This document shows, one piece after another, positions 37,345 through 45,985 of a stretch of 64,000 nucleotides of DNA. Each line of letters begins with the position of its first letter. Position 1 is the stretch's first letter. Below the pieces are notes generated by a model. It was given only the letters and a program-made list of their open reading frames with translations, was not told where the DNA came from and searched no databases. Source of the DNA: an uncultured Gammaproteobacteria bacterium (GTDB taxonomy: Bacteria > Patescibacteriota > Patescibacteriia > Magasanikbacterales > UBA922). Position numbers and translations under genes: made by a program. The stretch is from contig CAYFPM010000001.1 in assembly GCA_964345045.1 (NCBI GenBank), positions 539,264 through 603,263 on the forward strand, read 5' to 3'.

Positions 37345-38442
37345 TCATCTATTTTTATCACTATGCCAAATCCGATATAGTCTATAGGCTATATTTTCTT
37401 TAAACCTTTGCCATTTGCTTCTTTTTCTCCAAGCTTTTCTATCAAATTTTTTGGAGGTATTTATCCAGCCAGTAAGAATACCTTTTAATTTTTTGACGGT
37501 TAATTTGTCTTCTATTTTTACATTGGCTTCGTAGTAATTGTAAAAACTACCATGTTCGATATTTGAACTGCCTACAATCGCCCATTCATCGTCTACTATA
37601 ACTCCTTTGCCGTGCATCATTTTGTCGGATAAATGAATATTTACTCCGGCCTTGGCCATAAATGCCAACCAAGCATACGCAGCATATGTAGCCAATCGTA
37701 CATCTGTACGAAAAGGAATAAGCAAATCAACTCTTACTCCCCTTCTTTTTGCCTTCCACAGCGCTTTTATTAATTTTCTATCTGGAAAGTAATATGGAGA
37801 AAAAAGAATAACTCTTTCCCTAGCCTTGAGCAAAGCTTCTGTATATTTTTTGCGCATTTTGGAACGCTTGTTGTCGGCATCGTCATAAATAAAATTTATC
37901 AAACTTCCTTTTACTCTAAATTTGTAACGCAAAAGATGTTTGACGTTTTTTTTGTCTCCACCCGAGATAAGATATATTTTGGCAAAAGCTCTAAGCAAAG
38001 AACGAACTGCTTTGCCTTCTATTTTTACATGTATATCTAGCCATTCTTTCATGTGCTTTTGCACATTTACACCACCAATAAAACCAATCTTTTGGTCTAT
38101 TACTAAAATTTTGCGATGAGTGCGAGATATCATTTTGGACCAAAGCCCACGATAACGATGTTTACGTTCATGAAATATTCTTATATCTACCCCAGATTTT
38201 TTTAATTTTTCTATTCTAGATTTAGAAACAGAAAAACTTCCGATTCCGTCTATAATTAATTTTACATCAACGCCCTCTTTGGATTTTTTCTCTAACAAAT
38301 TAAAAAATTTTTTGCCAACTTCATCGTCAATCAAGATATATACTTCCCAATAAATAGATTTTTGGGCAGACAAAATAGCATCGTACATAGCATGCCATGC
38401 TTCTTCGGATGTAGAGTAAATTTGGCAAACCTCACGAGACAT
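37345..38442 (-). CDS. phospholipase D family protein (cardiolipin-synthase-like, two HKD motifs)
   Basis: HRKILVID and HGKGVIVDDEWAIVGSSN. Confidence 0.8.
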   Translation of the reverse strand: MSREVCQIYSTSEEAWHAMYDAILSAQKSIYWEVYILIDDEVGKKFFNLLEKKSKEGVDVKLIIDGIGSFSVSKSRIEKLKKSGVDIRIFHERKHRYRGLWSKMISRTHRKILVIDQKIGFIGGVNVQKHMKEWLDIHVKIEGKAVRSLLRAFAKIYLISGGDKKNVKHLLRYKFRVKGSLINFIYDDADNKRSKMRKKYTEALLKARERVILFSPYYFPDRKLIKALWKAKRRGVRVDLLIPFRTDVRLATYAAYAWLAFMAKAGVNIHLSDKMMHGKGVIVDDEWAIVGSSNIEHGSFYNYYEANVKIEDKLTVKKLKGILTGWINTSKKFDRKAWRKRSKWQRFKENIAYRLYRIWHSDKNR

Positions 38443-38444
38443 AT

Positions 38445-39722
38445 TTATTTTTTATCTTTTCTATCTTTTATATAAGTTGTCCACCTAGTTTTTGGAGAAG
38501 CAAAATAGTTTTTGTTTTGTAATTCTTTTGGCAAATAACTTTGTTCTACTTCTCCATCATAATCTGGATTATACTTGTATCCTTTGCCATAGTCCAGATC
38601 TTTCATTAATTTGGTGGGAGCATTGCGCAGGTGTAGTGGTACGCCAAGGTGAGAAGTGCGTCTGGCATCCATGGAGGCTTCTTCGTAAGCTTTGTAAAGC
38701 AAGTTCGATTTTTGTGATTTGGCACAATAAACCACCGCTTGAGCCAAATGTACATTGCATTCTGGATAACCCAACTTGTGAGAAGCATCATAAGCGGTAT
38801 TGGCTTGTACCATAGCTTCGCTATTGGCCATACCAATGTCTTCGCTAGCAAAACGAAGCACCCGTCTGGCAATATAGATTGGATCACAGCCACCTTCAAA
38901 CATCCTAGCCAACCAATAAAGTGCTGCATTGGCATCACTTCCACGCATAGATTTGTGGAGAGCAGAAATAAGATTATAAAATTCTTCTCCTTTTTTATCA
39001 AAAATCAAATGAGTTCTTTGCAAAGCTTCTTTTATATCGTCTTTATCTAAATTAATTTTTGATTTTAGACTTTTGATTTTAGATTTAACAGCTAGATCCA
39101 ATCCATTCAAGGCTACTCTAGCATCTCCATTAGAAAGTTCTGCCAATAATTCTATAACTTCTTTATCGATCTCAATTTTATAATTTCCTAATCCATTTTC
39201 TTTATCTTTCAAAGCTTGTTCAATTACTTGCAAGATATCTGCTACTTCTAGACTCTTCAAAACAAAAACTCGAGAACGAGAAAGAAGAGCTCCTACAATT
39301 TCAAAAGAGGGATTCTCTGTAGTGGCGCCGATCAATACCACTGTCCCCTTTTCTACATGGGGCAAGAGGGCGTCTTGCTGCACCTTGCTCCAGCGATGAA
39401 TTTCGTCTACAAAAAGTACGGTTTTTTTATTTTCTATTCGCAGTGACATTTCTGCTTTTTCTATCACTTTTCTTAATTCTTTTTTGCCACTATCCACTGC
39501 CGAAAGTTGTACAAAATCAGCTTGTGTTTCTTTGGCGATTATCCTAGCCAGGGTTGTTTTGCCTACTCCTGGAGGTCCCCAAAATATTATGGATGATAAC
39601 TCATCATTTTCTATTAACTTTCGTAGTAACCTCCCCTCACCCACAATTTCAGCCTGCCCAAAAAACTGCCCAAAATGGGCAGGACGCATTCGATTGGCCA
39701 GAGGTTGATTGGTGTTTTTCAT
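38445..39722 (-). CDS. rarA: replication-associated recombination protein A (RarA/MgsA AAA+ ATPase)
   Basis: GPPGVGKTT Walker A and a MgsA-like C-terminal domain. Confidence 0.9.
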   Translation of the reverse strand: MKNTNQPLANRMRPAHFGQFFGQAEIVGEGRLLRKLIENDELSSIIFWGPPGVGKTTLARIIAKETQADFVQLSAVDSGKKELRKVIEKAEMSLRIENKKTVLFVDEIHRWSKVQQDALLPHVEKGTVVLIGATTENPSFEIVGALLSRSRVFVLKSLEVADILQVIEQALKDKENGLGNYKIEIDKEVIELLAELSNGDARVALNGLDLAVKSKIKSLKSKINLDKDDIKEALQRTHLIFDKKGEEFYNLISALHKSMRGSDANAALYWLARMFEGGCDPIYIARRVLRFASEDIGMANSEAMVQANTAYDASHKLGYPECNVHLAQAVVYCAKSQKSNLLYKAYEEASMDARRTSHLGVPLHLRNAPTKLMKDLDYGKGYKYNPDYDGEVEQSYLPKELQNKNYFASPKTRWTTYIKDRKDKK

Positions 39723-39767
39723 AGGTAATATCTACTGTATGTCAAAAGAAAAAACTTGTCTAGACCA

Positions 39768-39800
39768 AAAATACTCACTAGATTAGTGAGTATTTTTTAT
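39768..39800. terminator. bidirectional terminator (AATACTCACT-AGATT-AGTGAGTATT + T-run)
   Basis: 10-bp perfect stem. Confidence 0.55.
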
Positions 39801-39826
39801 ATCATCCAATCCCCTGTTTTTATGAT

Positions 39827-40525
39827 TTAATGTTTTAATGTAATTACTGTCCCCTTAAATTTCTTACCATCAAGCGCTTTTTTAACTTCTGCTAGATTTG
39901 TTCCTTTTAGAATAGAAACTCGGAGGCCAAGTTTTTGGGCTTCGCGACTAGCAATAGGATCAAATGGAGCATTTTTTCCAGCTTCCCACTTATTTCCTAC
40001 TACTTCTTTGCGAAAAGTCGCCCAATCTATATTTTCAATTTTTTTAGCATTTTTATATTTATTTGGATCTTTGTCGTAGACGTATTCTATGTTTGATAAA
40101 TTCAAAAGTTCTTTGGCACCATAAGCTTTGGCTAGTAACACAGTATCATAATCTGTAGAACAACCTGGTTTCCAGCCCGCAGCTATTATCAAAGGCTTGT
40201 TAGTTTTGATTTTTTGTCTTGGATCTCTAATTACTTCTTTATAAGCAATATCTTTGAAAAGCATGCGTACAAACTCGGCATTAAAAACGGTGGTATGAAT
40301 TCCAATCCAATCTAGATCTGTGTTGGTTAGTTTTATAGTTTTTGCAGCGGCTTCTTGGTAATTTCTACAAGTGGCTCCCCCACCAATTACCAAAATAAAT
40401 TTTTCACCTTTTTTTATTTTGTCCAAAATAAATTTTCTAAATTTCTTTAGAAAAGCAATATCAAAACCGGTTTTTGGAATAATAATTGATCCTCCAACCG
40501 AAATAATTTTCCAATCTTTTTTCAT
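39827..40525 (-). CDS. amino-acid-kinase-fold protein, archaeal-type UMP kinase-like
   Basis: ISVGGSII ... VIGGGATCR ... GWKPGCSTD pattern. Confidence 0.55.
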   Translation of the reverse strand: MKKDWKIISVGGSIIIPKTGFDIAFLKKFRKFILDKIKKGEKFILVIGGGATCRNYQEAAAKTIKLTNTDLDWIGIHTTVFNAEFVRMLFKDIAYKEVIRDPRQKIKTNKPLIIAAGWKPGCSTDYDTVLLAKAYGAKELLNLSNIEYVYDKDPNKYKNAKKIENIDWATFRKEVVGNKWEAGKNAPFDPIASREAQKLGLRVSILKGTNLAEVKKALDGKKFKGTVITLKH

Positions 40526-40528
40526 AAT

Positions 40529-40882
40529 TTATCTTCTATAATTATCTTGTTTCAAAAGGCTACTGATTACCCAACTTACAATGGTAAGGATAAGCGCTCC
40601 CCAAAAAGCTGGCCAAAAACCAACAACCTCAAAACCTTTCACAATTGTGCTTACAAACCAAAATAACAAGGCATTAATCACAAAAGTGAAGAGTCCAAGG
40701 GTAACAATATTTATGGGTAATGTCAACAAAATTATAATTGGTCTAATTACAGCATTTACAATTCCTAGAACAAGCGCGATAATAAGAGCTGAATAAAAAC
40801 CACTAACAGTAATACCTGGTAAATAATAGGCAATCCCCAATATAGCCAAAGCATTAATTAACCAACGAAATAAAATATACAT
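40529..40882 (-). CDS. small 4-TM membrane protein (phage-holin-4-like / YvlD-like family)
   Basis: hydrophobic repeats; start taken at MYILFRW. Confidence 0.45.
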   Translation of the reverse strand: MYILFRWLINALAILGIAYYLPGITVSGFYSALIIALVLGIVNAVIRPIIILLTLPINIVTLGLFTFVINALLFWFVSTIVKGFEVVGFWPAFWGALILTIVSWVISSLLKQDNYRR

Positions 40883-40917
40883 ATTAATAATTTTAAATTT
40901 ATAATTAAGAACAATAC

Positions 40918-41223
40918 TTAGTAGACTGAATCTTTTATCCACCTCAAAAAATCTTTATTACCATCAATTTTGTTCGAAGCAATAACAGGACATTCATCTC
41001 TGTGGATCTTTCGAACTTCTTCAATTATTTTGTTTTTATGTTTTGCAAGTGAAAAAGCTTCAATATTCCAATACATTTTCTCTTCAATTTTCCCTTTCCA
41101 CCAGTAATGTGAAAGCCCCTTATAAATAGTAGTACCTGCCACTAATCTTTTTTCTACCAATTTTTTTGAAATTACACCTGCTTCTTTCTCTGATGTGGCA
41201 CTAATACTAAATCTACAATACAT
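40918..41223 (-). CDS. cutA: divalent-cation tolerance protein CutA
   Basis: SHYWWKGKIEE ... HRDECPVIAS ... FLRWIKDSV pattern. Confidence 0.65.
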   Translation of the reverse strand: MYCRFSISATSEKEAGVISKKLVEKRLVAGTTIYKGLSHYWWKGKIEEKMYWNIEAFSLAKHKNKIIEEVRKIHRDECPVIASNKIDGNKDFLRWIKDSVY

Positions 41224-41228
41224 ATTAT

Positions 41229-42641
41229 TTATCTTCTATCCAAATATAAACCGTAAAAAATAATTGTTAAGAAAAATGAAGCAAATACTCCGGCCCAAAG
41301 CAATAATTTATTATTCAAAAAATTTCTGTTGTAAACAAGCGGATCGCTGTCTTCGCCATCTATAGTACCATCATCATCACTATCGGCTCTGGCCGGGTCT
41401 GTCCCTTTTTTTACTTCTTCTCCGTCGTTTAGACCATCTTCGTCGCTATCTATATTTTTTGGGTCACTACCACGGATAGATTCATCGGCATCAAGTAGGC
41501 CATCATTGTCGTCGTCTGTGTCAGCATTGTCGCCAGTACCATCTTCGTCAAAATCAAATTGTTCATTTGGATCAACTGGAAAAGCATCGTCACCATCTTC
41601 TACTCCATCGTCATCACTATCTTTTTTGTTTGGATCACTACCCGCAGCTATTTCGTCTCCATCTAGAAGTCCGTCGCCATCGCTATCATTATTCAAAGGA
41701 TCAGTCCCAAGTTCTATTTCTTCGTTATCTGCCAAACCATCTTTATCACTATCGCTACTAGCGGGGTCTGTACCTGCGGCTATTTCTTCTTTGTCATTTA
41801 TACCATCTCCGTCAGTATCTACTTTGGTGGGACTACTACCTTTTTCATATTCTTCTCCATCCAAAATTCCATCTCCATCACTATCTTTGTTATGTGGGTC
41901 ACTGCCCAGTTCTTTTTCTTTGTCGTCTGGTAATCCATCGTTATCGTCGTCTGTGTCAGCATTGTCACCAGTGCCATCACCATCGGCATCGTCCCACTCG
42001 CCGGCATTGTTTGGAAAATTATCATTTTTGTCGTCATAACCATCACCATCTGTATCTTTTTTGTTTGGATCAGTCCCGCCGTCTACTTCTTTTTTGTCTG
42101 CCACGCCATCATCATCTGTATCTACTTTTTTGCTATCTGTACCAAGTTCAGCTTCTTTGGCATCGTTCAGTCCGTCGTTATCATCGTCTGTATCTTCTTT
42201 GTCTCCTACATTGTCTCCATCGGTATCCAAATCTATACTAAAAGAACTAGAGATATTGGCACTTGTGACTTGTTCTCTAGAAACTTCTGTACTGCCACCA
42301 CTTAGATCAATTGCCACAATATCAGTAAGAGCCACCGAAATATTATTTTCTCCTTCTGGCAAAGTATATTCTATCCAAACTTGCTTGGCCTCTTCCAAAA
42401 CCAAATTATTTACTCTGGTTTCTCCAATTTGTTCCCCTTTGTTATAAAACTCGGCAGTGGCGCTAATACTCTGGTAACTATTGTTAACCAAAACTGTATA
42501 AACTTTTACTTTGTCTCCGGCAAAAGCATTTTCGTCGGACAACCAAACACCTTGGGAATTAACAAAACCCACTGTTTGTGTGTAAACAGTAATTGGTAAA
42601 AATAATAAAGCTAAAAATAAAAAAATTTTGACATTTTTCAT
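41229..42641 (-). CDS. secreted calcium-binding protein with many thrombospondin type-3 (DxDxDGxxD) repeats and a C-terminal TM anchor
   Basis: signal peptide; tandem TDDDNDG/DTDGDG repeats; overlapping ORFs in other frames are repeat artefacts. Confidence 0.7.
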   Translation of the reverse strand: MKNVKIFLFLALLFLPITVYTQTVGFVNSQGVWLSDENAFAGDKVKVYTVLVNNSYQSISATAEFYNKGEQIGETRVNNLVLEEAKQVWIEYTLPEGENNISVALTDIVAIDLSGGSTEVSREQVTSANISSSFSIDLDTDGDNVGDKEDTDDDNDGLNDAKEAELGTDSKKVDTDDDGVADKKEVDGGTDPNKKDTDGDGYDDKNDNFPNNAGEWDDADGDGTGDNADTDDDNDGLPDDKEKELGSDPHNKDSDGDGILDGEEYEKGSSPTKVDTDGDGINDKEEIAAGTDPASSDSDKDGLADNEEIELGTDPLNNDSDGDGLLDGDEIAAGSDPNKKDSDDDGVEDGDDAFPVDPNEQFDFDEDGTGDNADTDDDNDGLLDADESIRGSDPKNIDSDEDGLNDGEEVKKGTDPARADSDDDGTIDGEDSDPLVYNRNFLNNKLLLWAGVFASFFLTIIFYGLYLDRR

Positions 42642-42665
42642 AGCTATTATATTTTACCACAAAAC

Positions 42666-43565
42666 CTACTCAAAAATTAATTTTTCTGGGTACAACTTTA
42701 GCTTTATATCTCCCATAGTGTCCGTACGCCAAACTGTAGAATTAACCCGCTCTACTCTTTTTAAAACTCTTCTCGACGGATGCCCAAACCTGTTATCTAA
42801 GCCAGCCGAAACTACAAAATGTTCTGGGCTAGTTAGCTGTACAAAAGGCTCTATAGAAGAGCTAGCACTACCATGGTGCCCAGCTTTTAAAACTTCTACA
42901 TCAAGCTTTTCTCCGTATTTGGCTATTAAATATTCTTCTAGAATATCTTCGGCATCTCCTGTAAAAAGTATTTTATTTTCTCCCAAGGAAAGAAAAAAAG
43001 CAATCGAAGCATTATTAGCATTGGCTGGCTTTTCGGAGCCTGGAATACTCGAATCTCTTTCTAAATTATGATCTGGATAAAGGAATTCAATAGAAGAGCT
43101 GGCAAATTGCCAAATTTGTGGCTCTACAATTTGGTGTTTTACTAAATTTTCTTCTGCTACTGTTTGCAAAAAATATTGCCAACTTTTATTTTCTTCTTTT
43201 CCAAATCCGGTATGAATATAATTCTTCACTTCGAATCTTTTCAAAACATCGGTACAACCACCATAGTGGTCTAAATCTGGGTGAGTAACTAGCAAGTAAT
43301 CTATAGTCTTGTCGTAAAAATCCATATTTCTACCCAATGCTTCTAGCACTCTAGCATCAACTGCACAGTCAATTAGCATTTGTGTGCCATCTGGCCATTC
43401 TACAAAAGTAGCATCGCCCTGGCCAATGTCCAAAAAAGTAACTTCGATAAAATCTTTTGTTTTATTCTCTACTACTTTTTGTGGAGAATTTTTTTGACGT
43501 AAAAAAAATAATAGCCCTAAAGTTATTATTAACAAAATCAAAATTGTATAAAATGCTTTTTTCAT
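42666..43565 (-). CDS. ComEC-associated metallo-beta-lactamase-fold protein (C-terminal ComEC module as a separate gene)
   Basis: FLDIGQGDATFVEWPDGTQMLIDCA ... HPDLDHYGG ... GHHGSASS. Confidence 0.7.
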   Translation of the reverse strand: MKKAFYTILILLIITLGLLFFLRQKNSPQKVVENKTKDFIEVTFLDIGQGDATFVEWPDGTQMLIDCAVDARVLEALGRNMDFYDKTIDYLLVTHPDLDHYGGCTDVLKRFEVKNYIHTGFGKEENKSWQYFLQTVAEENLVKHQIVEPQIWQFASSSIEFLYPDHNLERDSSIPGSEKPANANNASIAFFLSLGENKILFTGDAEDILEEYLIAKYGEKLDVEVLKAGHHGSASSSIEPFVQLTSPEHFVVSAGLDNRFGHPSRRVLKRVERVNSTVWRTDTMGDIKLKLYPEKLIFE

Positions 43566-43723
43566 TTTTCTCCTTTAATGTGCTAGAAAGTTAGCATTTA
43601 TAGTAGACAAAGTCAATAATCAAAAAACAGAGTTGTCTTTAACAAAAACAACTCTGTGATTAGGGTGACGTTTGAGATGGTCACCAAAATAAAAACAAAA
43701 GAGCTGATAAGAAATGTTCGCCA

Positions 43724-44089
43724 TTATTCTTTACGAAATGGCCAACCTTTCCCCGTGCACGCAGGACACTTATAGTTTTTCCAACTCTTTCTAAAACAGA
43801 GAGGAGCCTTTTTTTCATTGAGAGTCTGCAAAGGGTATTTGCCTGGTTCCAATATGTAGACAGTGATTTCCCCCATAAACTTATTCTTCATATAAATCCC
43901 CCCGCCTCCACATTTTTGACAAGGCTTAGAACCAACAGGTACCAACACCTGACCAGAGCCTTTGCAAACATGACAATCGTGAACTAGGCGGAAAGTAAAG
44001 AAAAAAAACTCCTTCCCTGTGTGCACCAGCTTACCGGTGCCCGAACAAAACTGGCAATCTCTAGACTCGTAATTCACTTCATGACTCAT
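43724..44089 (-). CDS. small Cys-rich protein with four DnaJ-type CxxCxGxG zinc-finger motifs
   Basis: CQFCSGTG, CHVCKGSG, CQKCGGGG, CPACTGKG. Confidence 0.5.
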   Translation of the reverse strand: MSHEVNYESRDCQFCSGTGKLVHTGKEFFFFTFRLVHDCHVCKGSGQVLVPVGSKPCQKCGGGGIYMKNKFMGEITVYILEPGKYPLQTLNEKKAPLCFRKSWKNYKCPACTGKGWPFRKE

Positions 44090-44141
44090 AGACTAAATCT
44101 CCTTCACCAAGAAGACTAAGTCAAAAATTAATTTATGTCAA

Positions 44142-45599
44142 TCATAAATATATTTTTTTATAAAAAACAAACGACCAAATATACAAAAAAATCATCACCC
44201 AAACAGAAATAGAAAAGTCATAAGCAGCAAATGGCAAGCGAGCAAAAAATTCCACTACCAAAGTCACATACTTCATACCAAGCCACCCAACCCAAGCCAA
44301 TACCAAACCAAAAGGTTCAAAGACAAAAGCCGCAAATACAGCCAAAAATCCAACTAGCATAATCCAAGGAATAAGCCAAAGAATAAGTACATTTACAATT
44401 GGGGCAACAAAAGACAATCTCCCAAATTGATAGAGAATAAGTGGTAAGGTAATCGTAATAGCCGAGATAGTTGAAATAAAAGATTCTTTTAGACCCATAA
44501 ATTCTGGAATACTCCTAAATCTCTTTTCCAAAATAGGGTTAAAATAAACCAAACCAATAGTAGCCAAAAAAGATAGTTGAAACCCCGCATCCCACACCAA
44601 CACAAATGGATTGTGTAGGGTCATAACTACAGCAGTAAGGGCCATGGCATTGGCTACTTTATTTCTTCGACCCATTTGCCTGGCGAGAAGCACTAGCACC
44701 CCCATAATCCCTGCTCGCACTACCGAAGCACTAGCTCCGGCAAAAATCACAAATAATATTATCCCCAAAACAATTAGCCAAAAAGCTTTTTTTCTATTTA
44801 TTCGTAAGTTAACAAAAATCGCCATCAAAATGCTGGCTACAATAGTAATGTTGTAACCAGAGATGGCAATAATATGCGTAACCCCCGTAATGTTGAATAA
44901 TTCATTCAAGCTCCCCAGCCCCCCACGATAACCATAGAGCAGCCCCGCCATAAACCCAGCATATGGCTCGTGCCATAGCTGATTTACTTTGCTAGCAACA
45001 GTATTTTTTACTGCAAATACTCCAGACAACACTACGTTCCCCTCCCCTGTCCCTATTTTCTCTATTTTTGGATTTCTACAAATAGCAAACACCCCAAAAT
45101 TGGCCAGGTACATATCGTAGCGAAAGTTATCTATTGGCTCTGGATTTTCTAATTTGCAAGTCAACTCCAACTCATCACCATATTTGTATCTCGGGTATAG
45201 TTGTGATTTAAAGTACAATTTCCTTTTGATTCTGTTTACTGTTTTCTGTTCACTGTTTACTAAAACAATGTACCGAACCCCATATTGCCGTACATCCGGC
45301 TCAGACGAGATATAGCCTGTTATAGTTTCTTTATTTTCCGGTAGTTTAAAATCCTTTGGTAATGCAAAGTTATATCTGGTAAAACCAACGAGAGTAATTA
45401 GTAAACAGTAAATAGTGAACTGAATCTTCTTGTCATCTTTGTAAATAAAAACAAAAGCTACCAAAATAAAGGCAGCCAAGTATATAAAAACGAAATCTAT
45501 TTTTTGATTGATAAGAGATGCTATGGCTATACCAATAAGAAAAAAAAAGCAAAAAGTTAGGAATGTTTTTGATTTGCTGTTTATGATGCCCTTTAACAT
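44142..45599 (-). CDS. comEC: ComEC/Rec2 DNA-uptake channel, membrane (DUF4131 + competence) portion
   Basis: polytopic membrane protein with ComEC-typical segments. Confidence 0.75.
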   Translation of the reverse strand: MLKGIINSKSKTFLTFCFFFLIGIAIASLINQKIDFVFIYLAAFILVAFVFIYKDDKKIQFTIYCLLITLVGFTRYNFALPKDFKLPENKETITGYISSEPDVRQYGVRYIVLVNSEQKTVNRIKRKLYFKSQLYPRYKYGDELELTCKLENPEPIDNFRYDMYLANFGVFAICRNPKIEKIGTGEGNVVLSGVFAVKNTVASKVNQLWHEPYAGFMAGLLYGYRGGLGSLNELFNITGVTHIIAISGYNITIVASILMAIFVNLRINRKKAFWLIVLGIILFVIFAGASASVVRAGIMGVLVLLARQMGRRNKVANAMALTAVVMTLHNPFVLVWDAGFQLSFLATIGLVYFNPILEKRFRSIPEFMGLKESFISTISAITITLPLILYQFGRLSFVAPIVNVLILWLIPWIMLVGFLAVFAAFVFEPFGLVLAWVGWLGMKYVTLVVEFFARLPFAAYDFSISVWVMIFLYIWSFVFYKKIYL

Positions 45600-45617
45600 A
45601 AAATTATAATCTAAACG

Positions 45618-45935
45618 TCATTCCCGCGTACGCGGGAATCCAGTTAGCAAATCATTACCACTCAAGTCCACCCAGTTAGGATTATCTTTTTCAATCAACT
45701 CAACCTTCCAAGCTCGATTCCACTTTTTCAATTGTTTCTCCCTTTTTATGGCATCATTAATACTGGGATACACTTCATAGTAAACCAACATATGGACATT
45801 ATATTTTTTGGTAAAGCCTTCATTCCTACCAAAAGAATGCTCAACCATTCTTCTGGATAAGTTATTAGTAACACCAATATAAAGCGTACCATTACGCTTA
45901 CTTGCTAAAATGTAAACAAAAAAATCCCTCCTCAT
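45618..45935 (-). CDS. GIY-YIG nuclease family protein (UPF0213-like)
   Basis: FFVYILASKRNGTLYIGVTNNLSRRMVEH; its C-terminal FPRTRE is encoded by a GC palindrome. Confidence 0.8.
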   Translation of the reverse strand: MRRDFFVYILASKRNGTLYIGVTNNLSRRMVEHSFGRNEGFTKKYNVHMLVYYEVYPSINDAIKREKQLKKWNRAWKVELIEKDNPNWVDLSGNDLLTGFPRTRE

Positions 45936-45985
45936 ATTTACTTTGTGGATGCCCAGTCAAGCTGGGCATGACGAATTGAATATTC

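Noticed and set aside
41506-42447. Overlapping ORFs (41506..42039, 41567..41761, 41819..42049, 41894..42241, 42061..42447) inside the thrombospondin-repeat gene
   Set aside because: They are generated by the periodic GAT/GAC-rich repeat DNA, and the translated proteins are low-complexity Ser/Pro/His strings. The minus-strand TSP3 protein is the coherent reading.
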